From the NCBI RefSeq assembly GCF_009914755.1, contig NC_060925.1: 64,000 bases of DNA; one strand, 5' to 3'. The notes beneath the pieces are model-generated. The model made no database searches and had not been told where the DNA came from. It saw nothing but the letters and a program-made list of their open reading frames with translations. A program made the position numbers and the translations under genes. Shown piece after piece: positions 27,808 to 40,940 of the stretch (within the stretch, counting starts at the first letter, position 1; every line of letters begins with the position of its first letter). Source of the stretch: the human T2T-CHM13v2.0 reference genome, Homo sapiens.

Positions 27808-30654
27808 TCACACTTCGGCAACACAGCATATGTTTACTGCTGTAGACCATCAGAGTTCTTTGTAAACGGTGGATGGACATTGTGAATATAAACTCTTACA
27901 ATGCAAAGTTACCTCTCTGCCAATTACATAGACAACAGTTTTCAACTTTGCAACTGTGACCACTGTGGCTTAGGGCAACGTTTCCTCTTCAATTCACTCT
28001 GACCTCAATTTTTGCTCTGAAGAGGCCATGCTGTGTCAGCCAGCTGCACCCTCCTATTGCTTCATTTTATCAAGAGATTCTAGCTTGCCTGCTTTGCCAA
28101 AGCTAAATTTCAGTTTATCTTTAGAGGACTTCTGCTCTGTTTCTGCTCACGTCATGACAGCGGCCTGGGTTTCTCATAGCATCAGGTTTCTGCTCTTACT
28201 CAATTCTCCCAAATTCCTTTTCACTGAACATTGTCTCAATGCTTGTACAATTACAGTAGTATTTCAATTTTTTTTCCTTCAAAAACTTAACGTATAGTGA
28301 CTTACACTGGTAGACATGTGATGGCGGCGGGGCGGGGGTGGGATGCAGAGGCATTGGAGTCTGACCAAATTGGGTATTCAAATCCTTGCTCTGCGGCCTC
28401 TTGGCTGGGTGACATTGGGCATATTGGTTAACCTTTCTAAATTTTGCTTTCCTATTTTGTAAAGGGAAACGATGGTATATATCATGTAGGATCAGGATGG
28501 GGATTAAGTAGAATAATATAACTTAAGGGCTTGGCATGAAATAGACAGTAAATTGAAGCAGCTAATATAATTATTAGTGTTCATAGTTTTTGGCTTTTAA
28601 TTATAAACCCCTTAAGAACAGTGACTTGCTTTATTTACCTTGTATTCTGTAGACATACTGATCACAATGCCTGACACCTAAAGTAAATATGCAGTACAAT
28701 TTTCATGATGGGTGTTTAAAATTTCATTGACTTACTGTGGGTAGCAAGTGTCAGGATACAAGGTGCTCTTGGTGGGATGGAGGCAGAGTTCCCAACCATG
28801 GGGAATTTGTATATAGTACATGCCTGCCCACGTAGTATGGCTGCATACTCTATCTACTCTTAAACCATCACTTCGATCTGGAGGGAATATGTCTTCTGAG
28901 ATTTCTTTTCTAGGACCTGTTAATTTGCTATCACAGGAAAATATATGGTTTCCCAGTCTCACTTATTCAAATTATTAATTTGATAGGCATAGTCTTAGAA
29001 CCAGTTATGTGTCACATTATTCAGCATATGCCAATGATGCAAAGTAATGAGCTTTTTTCTTTCTTAAATAATTCTACAAAGTGCTAAACATTAAATGTTA
29101 ATTAAAATGAGGATACATCCATATCCAGAAATACTGGTACTCATTTCTTAATTCATTAATTCATTGATATTTCTTCATCTTGATAAGGGTGTGTAGGTAC
29201 AAGTAAAAGTTCTATCTTTTAAAAATAATTTATAAGCTTACTATTATGTATTATTGCCTAATATATTAGTCCATAACTCATCTATTTTTAATGCTGCCTA
29301 TGATCTCTTTCTGGTCTCATTTATTTATTAATTCAATACATATTTATTGTTTAGTGTGCCAGAAACTGTTTTAGAAACTAGGGGTACAGCATGGAAAGAA
29401 GAATTAAAAGTTTTGAGTGCTTCATATAAGCCAAATATTTTCCCCCAAATATTTAACACTCAAGACTAGCCTATGAGGTGGGGTTTTAATTTATAAGTTA
29501 GGAAATGGAGTCATGGATTACTTAGGCAGGTTACTGGAAGTCACGATGATGTGGGGGAGCTGAGATGAGGCTGCATGTCTTTTCTCCTTCATTCCTTACT
29601 TTTGAACCACCTGTCTCTCAAGCAGCCTTATTTCTTAGTGTTCCCCAAACACAGCCTTCATTCTAGCCAGGCCAGAATGAATTCCCAGATGTCTCTGACG
29701 AATGCCACAGCCTCCCATCCTCAGCCTTTTCATATGGTTATTCTTCTACAGAGAATGCCCAGTCTTCTGCTCCACTTAAAAACCCTGCCTGTCCTTTAAC
29801 TCAACTGGTCTCACTGTTCCTCTGAACTGAATGCTGCCCTGTGTCAATCAACCTCTAGTGAGCACCTTCTGTGTATTTATTAATTTTGCAAATATTTATT
29901 ATGTACCTTCCATGTTCTAAGCGCTCGGATAAAAAAAAATGCAAGCCTGATGAACTTTCTGCCTTCCTGACATTTCAGTTTTTATTGAAAAGGCAGGCAT
30001 TATCCAGCAAATTCACAGTAATTTTACACCTAAATATCTTCTCATGTTCTCCTATATTTGTAATTTTTACTTCTCTAACAAAATATACTTAACTTTCTCT
30101 CTTGGGCTTATTTTTTATTTTCTGTTGTGATAACTCAATATTTGTTTGTAGATTGCTTATAATCTCACCTCTACAAATTTGTTTCTTATGTGGAAGGGGG
30201 ATCACATTTTACATGCTTGTTTTTCTTATTCTCTGCTTTCATTAGCAAAGATTTAAGAGATCTGGTTCAACAATAGGAGGCTACTGAATGGCACAAGTGA
30301 AAGATGACATGGGATAGGTGGTGAGGCTGGAGAAGGTTGAGATATGAGGGCTTTTGCTGGGATAACACTGAAGGGAAGGATTTGGAATCCCAATGAATTT
30401 CAGGGAAGAATGAAAGAGATACAAACACCATTTAAGATGACTTCTTGTATAATAATGAAAAGAAAGGTTTAAATTTAACATAATGCCTTTTTGAATATAT
30501 GTAGTTGTATCATGTAGGATGCCAAAAGGTTTGAATTTAGTAACTGATCTAATACTGGGCTTGATTTTTTCTATCACAGAACTGTAACTCCCAAGAACAG
30601 GGTATTTTCCGCAGTAATGTGAAAAACCTGGTTAATGGTTTCATGGTGTTAATA

Positions 30655-30667
30655 TGCCACCTAGTGG
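30655..30667 (-). promoter_or_regulatory. Candidate CTCF site
   Basis: Minus strand reads CCACTAGGTGGCA, an exact fit to the CCASYAGRKGGCR core. Motif only; no binding data. Confidence 0.55.
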
Positions 30668-32948
30668 ATCAACTTGCACATTCTAACTTGGGGTTTTCAG
30701 AGTTGGAAGTGTTCATTTTCCTTTATCAGAATGGCTTGCTCACTAGGAACACCAGCTGAGGTCCAATTACGATAAATCCACTAGTTCCTGATGTTGATAT
30801 TGCTGATTTTTTTTATGCTCAAGAATTCATTATGAGGGAATTGATAGCAGCAATCATTGTCAGTTTAATGTTTTGTATGGTCTTTTTTATTTTAAAGCTT
30901 TTTAGGTGTTTAGAAAGCAAATAGTTGGTTTTTATTTTATTTGGACACTTTTATGCAATGAGGGTTGATGTTTCATGGATTTCTGTGAGAAGGAGAAACC
31001 AATTGATAAATTTGCTGATATAGATCTCTAGAAAGGCAGGGAGATTTTTAAAAGAAGATGTAGTAGGATACTTTGAATAGCAGAAACGATTTGCTGACTT
31101 ACACAATATAATAAGCTCATTCTTGGCTACACACCTGGTGTGTTTATTTCTTATAAACTTTATAGCTTCACTTCTAATTTAGAGTTCCCAATTTTCATCA
31201 CATATTGTCAGTTTAAAAATAACAAGCGTAACAGCTGTTGTAGAATGTTTATGTACCAGGTATTGTGCCAAGCACTTTATAGAAATGATCTCCAATCCCC
31301 ACAAAACCCCAAATTAGTACATTATTTCCATTTTAAAGAAGAAGAAATGGGCTCAAGTATTGACACTAATTGCCCTCCATCTCACACAGCCAAGAAGTGT
31401 TTGTGCCTGGTAGCCTTTGGTCCAAGTCTCCTTCATAGATCTGAAGCATCTTTTGTCATCACAGAATTATGTTTCCCTATTCTTAAGAAAAGTGGGATCA
31501 GCAAATATCAGCTTTACCTTAACGGACTCATTCACGTTTGAGCCCATTTCCCGAGAAGATAATTACATATATTACGTTTTAAAATAAGGCATATAAAAGA
31601 ACCACATTCCTGTGATAGCTCCCTTTTTCCAAAATCTGACTGCGTTTTTAAAGTTACTATTAGAGAATAGAGAGCCTTGCTTGTTGGGTGTCTGGGACAT
31701 AAAGTCACAGAAAAATAATTGCATGTTTGCACCATTTAGATCTCACATGTTTAAGTGGTGCAAACATGATCTCCTTCAGGCAATGAGCCATGCTTGCCCA
31801 GTGAGCTTGCACGTGGTAATGGGAGAATCCCTCTGAGCATGCATCTCCAAGGCCAAGTGGGCCACAGCAGTTGTGAGTGAGAGGAGGCCATAGCGTCCTA
31901 AACTGATCAGACTTGCCAAGTATTCCTACCTGTGGCAAGGGGCTGAAAAGCCCGTGGACTGTACCTTAATGTTGCTTAACAATCCCTGAGGTAGAGAATA
32001 AAAGGAATTGTGGAATAACTCTGTGACTTGCCTCGGTTTCCTGATGCCCAGAAACATCTATCTCATTGGTCATCGAGATGAAATGAGGACTGTCCTGGGA
32101 AATGGAGTCTTCCTGATTTTAACAAGGTTCTGAAGCAGAAGCAGAGACAAGATTTACTATTCAGGCCTTCTTCCAAAGCCCATTTCCACTGCTCTTCAAT
32201 AACTGCATCTACCAAATTCTGAATGTTCTCTTCTTTCCCCAAATTCTAACTAGGTTAACTTCATACCAAAACCAGTGTATGACAGTTGAAATAGCAGTTC
32301 TTAGAGGTTGTAGTTTCCTGTGTTTTCTTCTGGTTACCATTAACATGGGTATATGTAAAGAATATATATTGGATATATGTATGCTGAATAAAAAGTAGTA
32401 ATTCATTTTCACCAATGAAATCACAGAGCATGATGTTTCCTAGATAGAGGAGGCTCATGTTTTATAACTGTATTGTTTCAGTTGAGGAAGGAAGGCAATT
32501 CTCCAGCAATGCCTTCTTCCTCCACTAGGAAAAGCTTTTACTTTCCTGGTGGTCTTTTTCTACTTGCCCACTAATTATAAAGAACATAAATTATAGATTT
32601 AGTAATTACTTGTTTCTTCCCTGTTATCCCCCTTTTGGCAAAGAGCAGAACCAATATAACTTTACCATGCTACCACTTTATTCCCAAATTTATCAGCATA
32701 AAATCTAGAACATTTCCAGAATCCTTCTTTCCCTGGTGAGGGAAGGAACAGTAGCTGAATATAAGCTTAACAAGAGTGCAGTGGTGGGATGTTGAATTTA
32801 AATGTGTATGCATGACTCGTAGATTTCTATTCATATATGTCAAAAGGAATACTCTAATAAAAAGATTCATTTGATTTTTATTTTAATAAAAAATATATAA
32901 ATGAGTTCATAGCAGCGCTAATTATACAACTTCTGTCTCTATTTGCAG

Positions 32949-33080
32949 GTGATAAAAGAAGCCATGGTTGAAAGCATTGAATATAGAAGACAGAATCCAT
33001 CTCGTTGCTCTGTTTCCCTTAGTAATGTTGAGGCAAGAAGATTTTTCAACAAGGAGTTTCTAAGTAAACCCAAAGCATAG
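32949..33080 (+). CDS. PLA2G4A: PLA2G4A last coding exon (exon 18), aa 707-749 plus stop
   Basis: Acceptor ctatttgcag ends at 32948. Translates VIKEAMVESIEYRRQNPSRCSVSLSNVEARRFFNKEFLSKPKA* with TAG at 33078-33080; Ser727 codon at 33009-33011. Matches the known 749-aa C-terminus. Confidence 0.98.
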   Translation: MIKEAMVESIEYRRQNPSRCSVSLSNVEARRFFNKEFLSKPKA

Positions 33081-33555
33081 TTCATGTACTGGAAATGGCA
33101 GCAGTTTCTGATGCTGAGGCAGTTTGCAATCCCATGACAACTGGATTTAAAAGTACAGTACAGATAGTCGTACTGATCATGAGAGACTGGCTGATACTCA
33201 AAGTTGCAGTTACTTAGCTGCATGAGAATAATACTATTATAAGTTAGGTTGACAAATGATGTTGATTATGTAAGGATATACTTAGCTACATTTTCAGTCA
33301 GTATGAACTTCCTGATACAAATGTAGGGATATATACTGTATTTTTAAACATTTCTCACCAACTTTCTTATGTGTGTTCTTTTTAAAAATTTTTTTTCTTT
33401 TAAAATATTTAACAGTTCAATCTCAATAAGACCTCGCATTATGTATGAATGTTATTCACTGACTAGATTTATTCATACCATGAGACAACACTATTTTTAT
33501 TTATATATGCATATATATACATACATGAAATAAATACATCAATATAAAAATAAGC
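33081..33555 (+). other. PLA2G4A: PLA2G4A 3' UTR (AU-rich); end approximate
   Basis: Lies between the stop codon and the AATAAA signal. ATTTA pentamers at 33145, 33407, 33467 and 33499. Confidence 0.85.
33529..33534 (+). terminator. Polyadenylation signal AATAAA
   Basis: First canonical AATAAA after the stop; T/GT-rich downstream element (gagttttttgttaattttt) at ~33568-33586. Confidence 0.85.
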
Positions 33556-33683
33556 ATGAGATAACTGAGTTTTTTGTTAATTTTTAATGAGATATTGGAC
33601 TATTGCTATGAAAGATTCTCATATTCACTGCTTTCAAACGCAAAAGTTGTTCATCCTAAACTCAAGTGTGAAACTTTTAATTT

Positions 33684-33990
<307 letters not shown>

Positions 33991-34469
33991 TGAAACTTTT
34001 AATTTTAAATCATAGGTTTTTTTTCTGAAAGATGAATATATAATTTTTTCAGAAAATGGTATATGTTTATTCATTAAGTAGAAAATATATGTGTAACCAC
34101 TTCTAATGTAACATTTCCCTTGGCTAATATTATCCTGGACTGCTTATCCAACAACCAGTGTAGTTGACCTCAGAGAATAATCCAAAAAAGTGGTAAGGGC
34201 TGAATCAAGCTTAATAAGTGGCCTACCTCTTGCATCTGCAAGATTTGTCTTGGGAACACTGTATGACACAACTGTGGCTGCAGTTGCAGCTGAACTGTTA
34301 TGGTTCAGAATGTTCCAAAGCTCAGGTCTTCCTCTTCTTAACTGTCTGCCATTCTTCTTTCCTTGAATTATCTTTCTTTAAGCTCTTTATTCATTTTTCT
34401 TTTTATCCTCTCACCTTTCACTTTTCTGCCTATGAGGAAAGACAAAAAACAATAAAAGGAAGCCTTGAA

Positions 34470-34945
34470 CGTTCATTCTATTGTTCATTGATTTATGCCT
34501 ATGGCAAATGAGTGCCTACTGCATGCTGTCAAGCATGTTGCAGGATCCCAGGATCTAGGGGCACAAAAGTAGAAAAAACGGACCGAAGTGCCTGCCTAAG
34601 GACCTTGCATTCTGGTGGAGATGACCAAAGATGATAAACATGACACAGACATATGTTGAATGTTAGAGAGTGATAAGTGCTAAGAAGAAAAAGCAGGAAA
34701 AAGAGGAGATGGGATGTGTTAGAGGTGTGTAATTTTACAGGGGGTCCTAGAGAAGGCCATAATATGAAGGTGACATCGCAGCAAAGAGGTGAAGAGCTGA
34801 GGGAGCAAGACCTGAGGCTATCCAACGGAGAAGCACTGCGGGCAGAGGAAATAACAAATCAAAGTTCCCTGAGGTAGAGCACCAAGCATATTCCGGAAAC
34901 AGAGAAGGGACCAACGTGCCTAAGGCAGAGTGGGAGGTGTACAAT
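34470..34945 (-). mobile_element. L2 3' fragment
   Basis: ttcattgattt ... gagtgcctact ..., aaggtgacatc, ggcagaggaaataacaaatcaaagttccctgaggtag are typical L2 motifs. Confidence 0.7.
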
Positions 34946-35789
34946 TAATTTTCTCTTATTTGTTCAAACTTTGGCAATATTGTTTGCATTTGATTTATCC
35001 TTCCAAATACCTCTGTAAAGAAACAAGACCAGAGAGGTTAAGAAATATGTCCAAGATGACTAAATTCTGAACCAGGTCCCTATGCTGTTGACCCTATGGC
35101 CTGTATATCACCATCTATGGTGCCCTCTAGAAACAAATTAGATGAACACTTCAGTGACAGTCATTATAAAGCTGGGACCAACTAGGACACTTGCTTTCCC
35201 TTTGTTCACATGCTTTTAGTTTCTTAACTACAATAACAGAGGCTTTTCATCTAATTCAGCTTTGCCATTTTTTCATTTATGAATTTACTAGAATTCTGAT
35301 TTTATAAAAACACACATTGGGTGGCCAGTTAAATCTGTACATTTTTTTTTTATTATTTCTTTGTTCCAAAGAATGACTGACAAGTGAGATGTCCCCTTAG
35401 TCTTCCCCAAAATGATCAACGTGCCCTAGTAATTTCGGCTTGGCTCTTTGCCTTTTTCACGCAAGCACAAGTGTTCTAGTTTGTTCATTGTTCACGCCAT
35501 GACAGGGCTGCTACTTTACCTCATCCATGAACAAGCTGTGCAATTTCAGGGTTTTTTTTGTTTTTTGATAAGCAATGAAAGCAACAAAATAAAAGCTTGG
35601 TGTGTGTATGTATATATCTAATTTCATTTCTTCTGAAGTATACAATTTTAAACTTTTCATGAATACCTTTGTTCTAACATGGAAAACACTTTATAAAAGT
35701 TTCAACAGTAGTTCCTCTTTCTTTTTCCTTTCCCCTTCTCTTTACCTCCTTAAACAATTTAATCCCAAAGCCATGGGAATCAATGGGGA

Positions 35790-37180
35790 ATCAAAGTCAG
35801 ACACCAAAACCTGAGATGGGAGGGCATCCATGCAGAGGAAGGTGTGGCACAGACAGTGCAGCTTGCTTACACATGGGGGAACCAATGAAGTAATTAAATA
35901 TATGAAATATAATAAATATAATGAGTGCCAGTTTTCTCACTGGAATGGAGTTACAAATATGAAAATGAAGAAAAACAGAAGGTTGTGTGGTGTTAAGTTG
36001 AAGTAGGAGGTATTAGTATGAATTCACGGGTTTTAGTATAAGTAGAGATATATAGAATAAACAGACATGAAAGTGGGTGTGTGTAGAGATTCTGTACGTC
36101 TGTCACTGAGAGGATCTGGGAGCAGTGATACTCCCAATAGCAATGAGCACAGCTGGACACAGCAGTTGGCTTTCAAATCCCATCATATAACAACAGAAAC
36201 CTAGGATCCTCAAGGAAGTGGCTGATTCTAGGTCGGACAGAACAAGTATAAAATGATGCTAGACCATTTTATTTTGCCACAGTACAGAAGTGCTCAAAGA
36301 ATGATAAGGACATGTCAAAAAGACACATAAGCCAGCTTGAAGGGACACCTACTGGCTCTTTTTGGAAAAAATTAAACATTCAAATAAATAATGTTGGCAA
36401 CAGATTATGATCCATTGAATAATATAGGAAACAATGACCTCATTTGATGTAAATAGATAAATAGATTAATAAGGAACCAGATATTTACATAATCTCAAAA
36501 TACTTCCTCTTATAAAATACTTAATTACAAAGGGAAAAAAGTAACTTTGTAGTAGAGAAACCTGGCAGACTAAGTAATCAAAACTGGTGTTCTCAAAAGT
36601 GAGGCAAACCGAAATTGCCCCACTTGGTAGAATGCAAAGAGAATGTAGCATTGCTTCTGTGATAATCCTGCCATAGATGCAGCACCTGAATCTAATCACG
36701 AAGAAGTGACAGGCAAACTCAAATTGCAAGAAATGTCAAGTATAGCCATCTGTCATCTTCAAAATGGTAAAGATTAGGCAAGTCAAGGAAAGACAGAACT
36801 GTTCCAGACTGAAGAAGACTAAAGAAACATGACAACTGAAAGCAACATGGGATTCTGACCTGAATTCTTCCATTCATGTTTCACCAACTGTTCCACTGAC
36901 AGATAAAAGATGCCAGCAGAACAACTGGTGAAATATGAATGCGCTCTGAAGAGTTGGTCATAGTAATGTATCAATGCTAATATCCTGATGTGATGCTTAT
37001 ATTGTGGATAGGTAGCAGATTATCCTTATCTGTAGTAAGCACACATTAAACTATTCAGGGTGATGGAACTTCATGTTAGTAACTTATTCCTAAATGGCTC
37101 AGAGAAGAAAAACATCTCTCCTATCACATTTGCAACTTTTCTGTAAGCTCCACAGTGTTTCATACTGTTAAAAATTACTT
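35790..37180 (+). mobile_element. L1MC-type LINE-1 3' region
   Basis: gaactgttccagactgaagaagactaaagaaacatgacaact, tagtaatgtatcaatgctaat and tttgcaacttttctgtaagc are L1MC 3' UTR motifs. Confidence 0.8.
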
Positions 37181-37642
37181 AAAATTAGCAACAGAATTTC
37201 AGTTGGAGGATTCTCTGAACAAATTAAAGGAGTTTACATCAGTGGCTCCCATTTCATATCCATACTCTTTTAACTCTTTTTTCTACAGCTGATCAATGTA
37301 AATCCTACTATTTATATATTTAATAAAAACAAATAAAGAAAATAAATCACAAGCTAAAAATTCCACAGAGCTGCTTTCACCAAATAGTTTAAGGGTTAGA
37401 GTTTTGTGACATCCTAGTGATTTTTATATTTCTTCTATTACTGTACTACCAAATTAAAAATCCAATTAATTAACGCCACCTTTCGCTGTATAAGCATAAG
37501 AGCGAAACAAGGAATAGCCAATAATAAAAATGTGGCGAATAGAAGAGTTGCATTTTGGTTGAATTCTCTAAACACTACAGATCAGTAAGCATCTATTGTG
37601 TCTTATACATGTAAGATGCCACACTTGATTCTGGAGAGAAAC

Positions 37643-38091
37643 TGTAGCAGGTACTGCTGTTGTTCTGTCCAGATCCCCTTTTCCTGGTCAGACACTCATC
37701 TCCAAGCTGCTGTGAGTATTGGCTGCTAAAAGTCTACAGCTGCATTCTTATTCTGAGAATTGTTCTCAGCTGATGAGATATGGTTGGTTTTGCCTTCCTC
37801 CTGAGGAAAGCTGCAACCAGTGACTAACTGATGAGGGGTTACAAAGAGCTCTGAATGCCTGTAATGTGTATTTATTATAAATAAGGATAATTCTGTGATG
37901 TTTTTCATGCTCAAGAGTTTTCCCTGGGATCAGGCTGAGATAAGACTTCAACTAAACCCATTTCTTTACTGAGGTTTTCTCCCTCTTTTATCTTTCTTCA
38001 CTCCTCATCAGGTTCATCATCGCACACTCCTTCAACGTATTACATGAGAACCTTTATCTCAGTCTTTTTCTATAGAACCTGACCTAAGATA
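37643..38091 (+). mobile_element. ERVL solo LTR (LTR16-like)
   Basis: Starts tgtagcaggtactgc ... ccagatcccc and ends gaacctgacctaagata, like LTR16-family termini. Confidence 0.6.
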
Positions 38092-40890
38092 GATACCAAA
38101 ATACATGAGACTTGATTCTTCTTTCAAAGAGTTTACAAACTGAGTCATTACAACTGGGGTAATTATGGGAAGTTTTCATGGAGAATTAGCTTTTAGGCTG
38201 AGTATTAAAAGATAAGTAGAAATTCAAATAGGATTTAGGAGGCAGGTGATTTCTCTCCTGGAGTGAGCTTATTACCTCCTTGTTGTGGATTCTATATTCT
38301 TCAATGCATTTTAATATTACTTTAGGATTTGTTTGGCATCCATCCACTGGCATACATTATATTCAAGAACTCTTAAAACCTCAAAATATTTTGGAAAGTA
38401 ATTTAAAAATATATGTTGAAACAAGCTAACTCTAACCAGATGAAATTTAACAGGAACAAATGGAGAACCCTGTACTAGAATTCAATACACCAATAGTAAA
38501 GAGGGAAAGAAGATGTAGAACATTAAAATTTTAAGGTAGGCATTGTCTAGAATGTCCAAGAAAAAAATGACTCCTAGAGGGCTAGCAACAATGTCTTAAA
38601 TCCACTCAAAAAACTTTTATTAAGATTATGCTTTGTATTAGGCATTTATATGGGAACCATTTCACAGCACAGATGGTAGAGCTATTATAGTTGTCTTCAA
38701 ATAGTCTCAGCTTGGAATGAAAAACATATCACGCAAGTTGCCACTCTCCCTTCCAGAATTCCTGGCAAATACAGCCACTGAATCATTTATTTTTCATTGA
38801 TGAATCTGGATGTAGTTTTAGATTCCTGCTCAGCCATGTGCCCCACGTCAGTCATACCAATTGATTGGAATTGGCAGAAATAGAAAATCATGACTAGGTT
38901 TCTAGTGGAAGAGGAATAAGGCACTGCGTGAGTCCAAATAAGGAAGAGGTTTCTACCAACTAGATTGTTTAAAAATGAAATAAAATCCGTGATGCAAATA
39001 AATTTTTATCACTGTGGTTATTCACATATTCACAGAAGATGAGTTCGGGGGATTCATTTATTGGTGAGTAGTAGGGGCCAGTTTAGATGGTTCCATGGTA
39101 CTTTATTACTCAGAGTATATAAGCTGTGGCACTGTTTCTATTTTAGATGAGGATTTTTGCTAATATATGATAATAAACCTATGGTGATATTTTAAATTGG
39201 ATAACTAGTTGGAGAGGGAAATATTTTAGGGAAGATTCAATTATTGCTGTGCTAAAACTCATTATGTAAATTATTGTCTGAACCTCTTGAATATTTTGCC
39301 TGCTGCAAACAAAGCAGTTTTTAATAATAATCCCTTTTCCCCAGTGTTTTAGTGTGAGCTAATTTCCTCTTACTCTAAACTGAGTGAATACAAACACGAT
39401 GGCAAATATGACTACATATGGAAAACACTATGAACATACCATGGCTAACATATAGTATGTTTAAACATACCATGGCTTACAAGGCCCTTCACATCCATTG
39501 CCTAGTCTACTTTTAGTCTGATTTCCTTTCATCACTTCCCCACTCACCCTAAACTTCAGCTACGCCTCTCATCATGCTCTGATCATTCATTGCATTGTGC
39601 CCTTTCACAATTCCTTTGTGCAATTTTTCTCTTCTGGTTTGTTCTGCTAGATCTAGTTGAAATATTATTTCTTCAGTGAAGTTTCAAGCTTCCCTCTGCA
39701 GAGTTAAGCATGACCCTTAGCTCTAAGTGTGCTCTAACCACTGTGTCTCTATACAGTGACAGCATTGATACTTTCAGAGGAAATCACAAACCCATCCCAG
39801 TCCTGGTTTCTGACTTTCATCAGCTAAGTTCTCATTCAATTAGTTCCTGGTTTAGTTATTAGCATTTGCATTGATCTACTTGCAGCAAAATGCTATACTA
39901 AACACTAAAGCATAAAAGGAAACAGTGATGATGTTCAACAGCTCCAAAAATCATGATGAGATGAGGTTAATGGAACAACCACATAATTATATTAAACATA
40001 GAAAAAAAAACTAGAAAAAGAAACAAGTCCCCAACAGAAGCCACATTAGAATAAATTCTAGGTTGAATGGAGTACAGGAGTCCAGAAGACTGTTCTTACA
40101 GGTCTCACTGAAGACTGAAGCAAGTTTCATCAACCTCCAATTTGGCCCCTATATTGTTATCAGAGTCTCCTTTCAAAAATGCAAATTGGATTGTCATTTA
40201 CCTGCTCAGAAGCTCTTAATGGCTCTTCATTCACTGAAGGAAAATAGTCCAAACTCTAAAGAGACATATATTGCCTACTGCTATCTAGTTTCTACCGATT
40301 TCATTTATCATGAATTCCCTTCCCTCTCCCATTAAACTCATATCCCTCTTGCAATTTATATTCCAATTCACCACGCTACATTATTCTCTCTCATAATTAC
40401 CTGCCTTTGTATTTGCTGGTGACTCCATCAGCAATGCCTTTCTCATCCCCATTCCACTGACTTAAAAACATGCCTCCAGTAATCTATAAAACACATATCC
40501 TTCTCTGGAGTCGTGGAAACATTACTTTCTCTATTACACTGCTCTCTCACTTTCTGAGGCTGACTGAGGAGTTCATTCCTAGAATAGAACCTGGCACGCA
40601 ATCAGTGATAATTCTTTTTGAGTTGATTAAATGAGAGAAGAGTTTCAGAAAGTGTTTTAAATTGGCCTAGTGACATGCTTTTGACAGAAACAAAGAGGCT
40701 ACTAGCCTCATCTGTTGCCATGGTATCATCCAAGTTTGTGGAGAGAGTAAAAGAGCAATCCTAATGGAGTCTGTTTTTGTTTGTTTGATTTTTTCAGCTT
40801 CCTCAATTCCTGCAATATGTGTTATTTCTGTTTTCCAGTATTCACTTAATCATTTTTAAGTAGCAAGAACCCAACACCCAAACAGATGAC

Positions 40891-40893
<3 letters not shown>

Positions 40894-40937
<44 letters not shown>
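40894..40937. repeat. (CA)22 microsatellite
   Basis: Read directly. Confidence 0.97.

Positions 40938-40940
<3 letters not shown>

Noticed and set aside
28324-28342. GC-box/G-rich run ggcggcggggcgggggtggg, and G-runs at 10780-10796
   Set aside because: Isolated, with no CpG island and fewer than four GGG tracts; no support for a promoter or canonical G-quadruplex.
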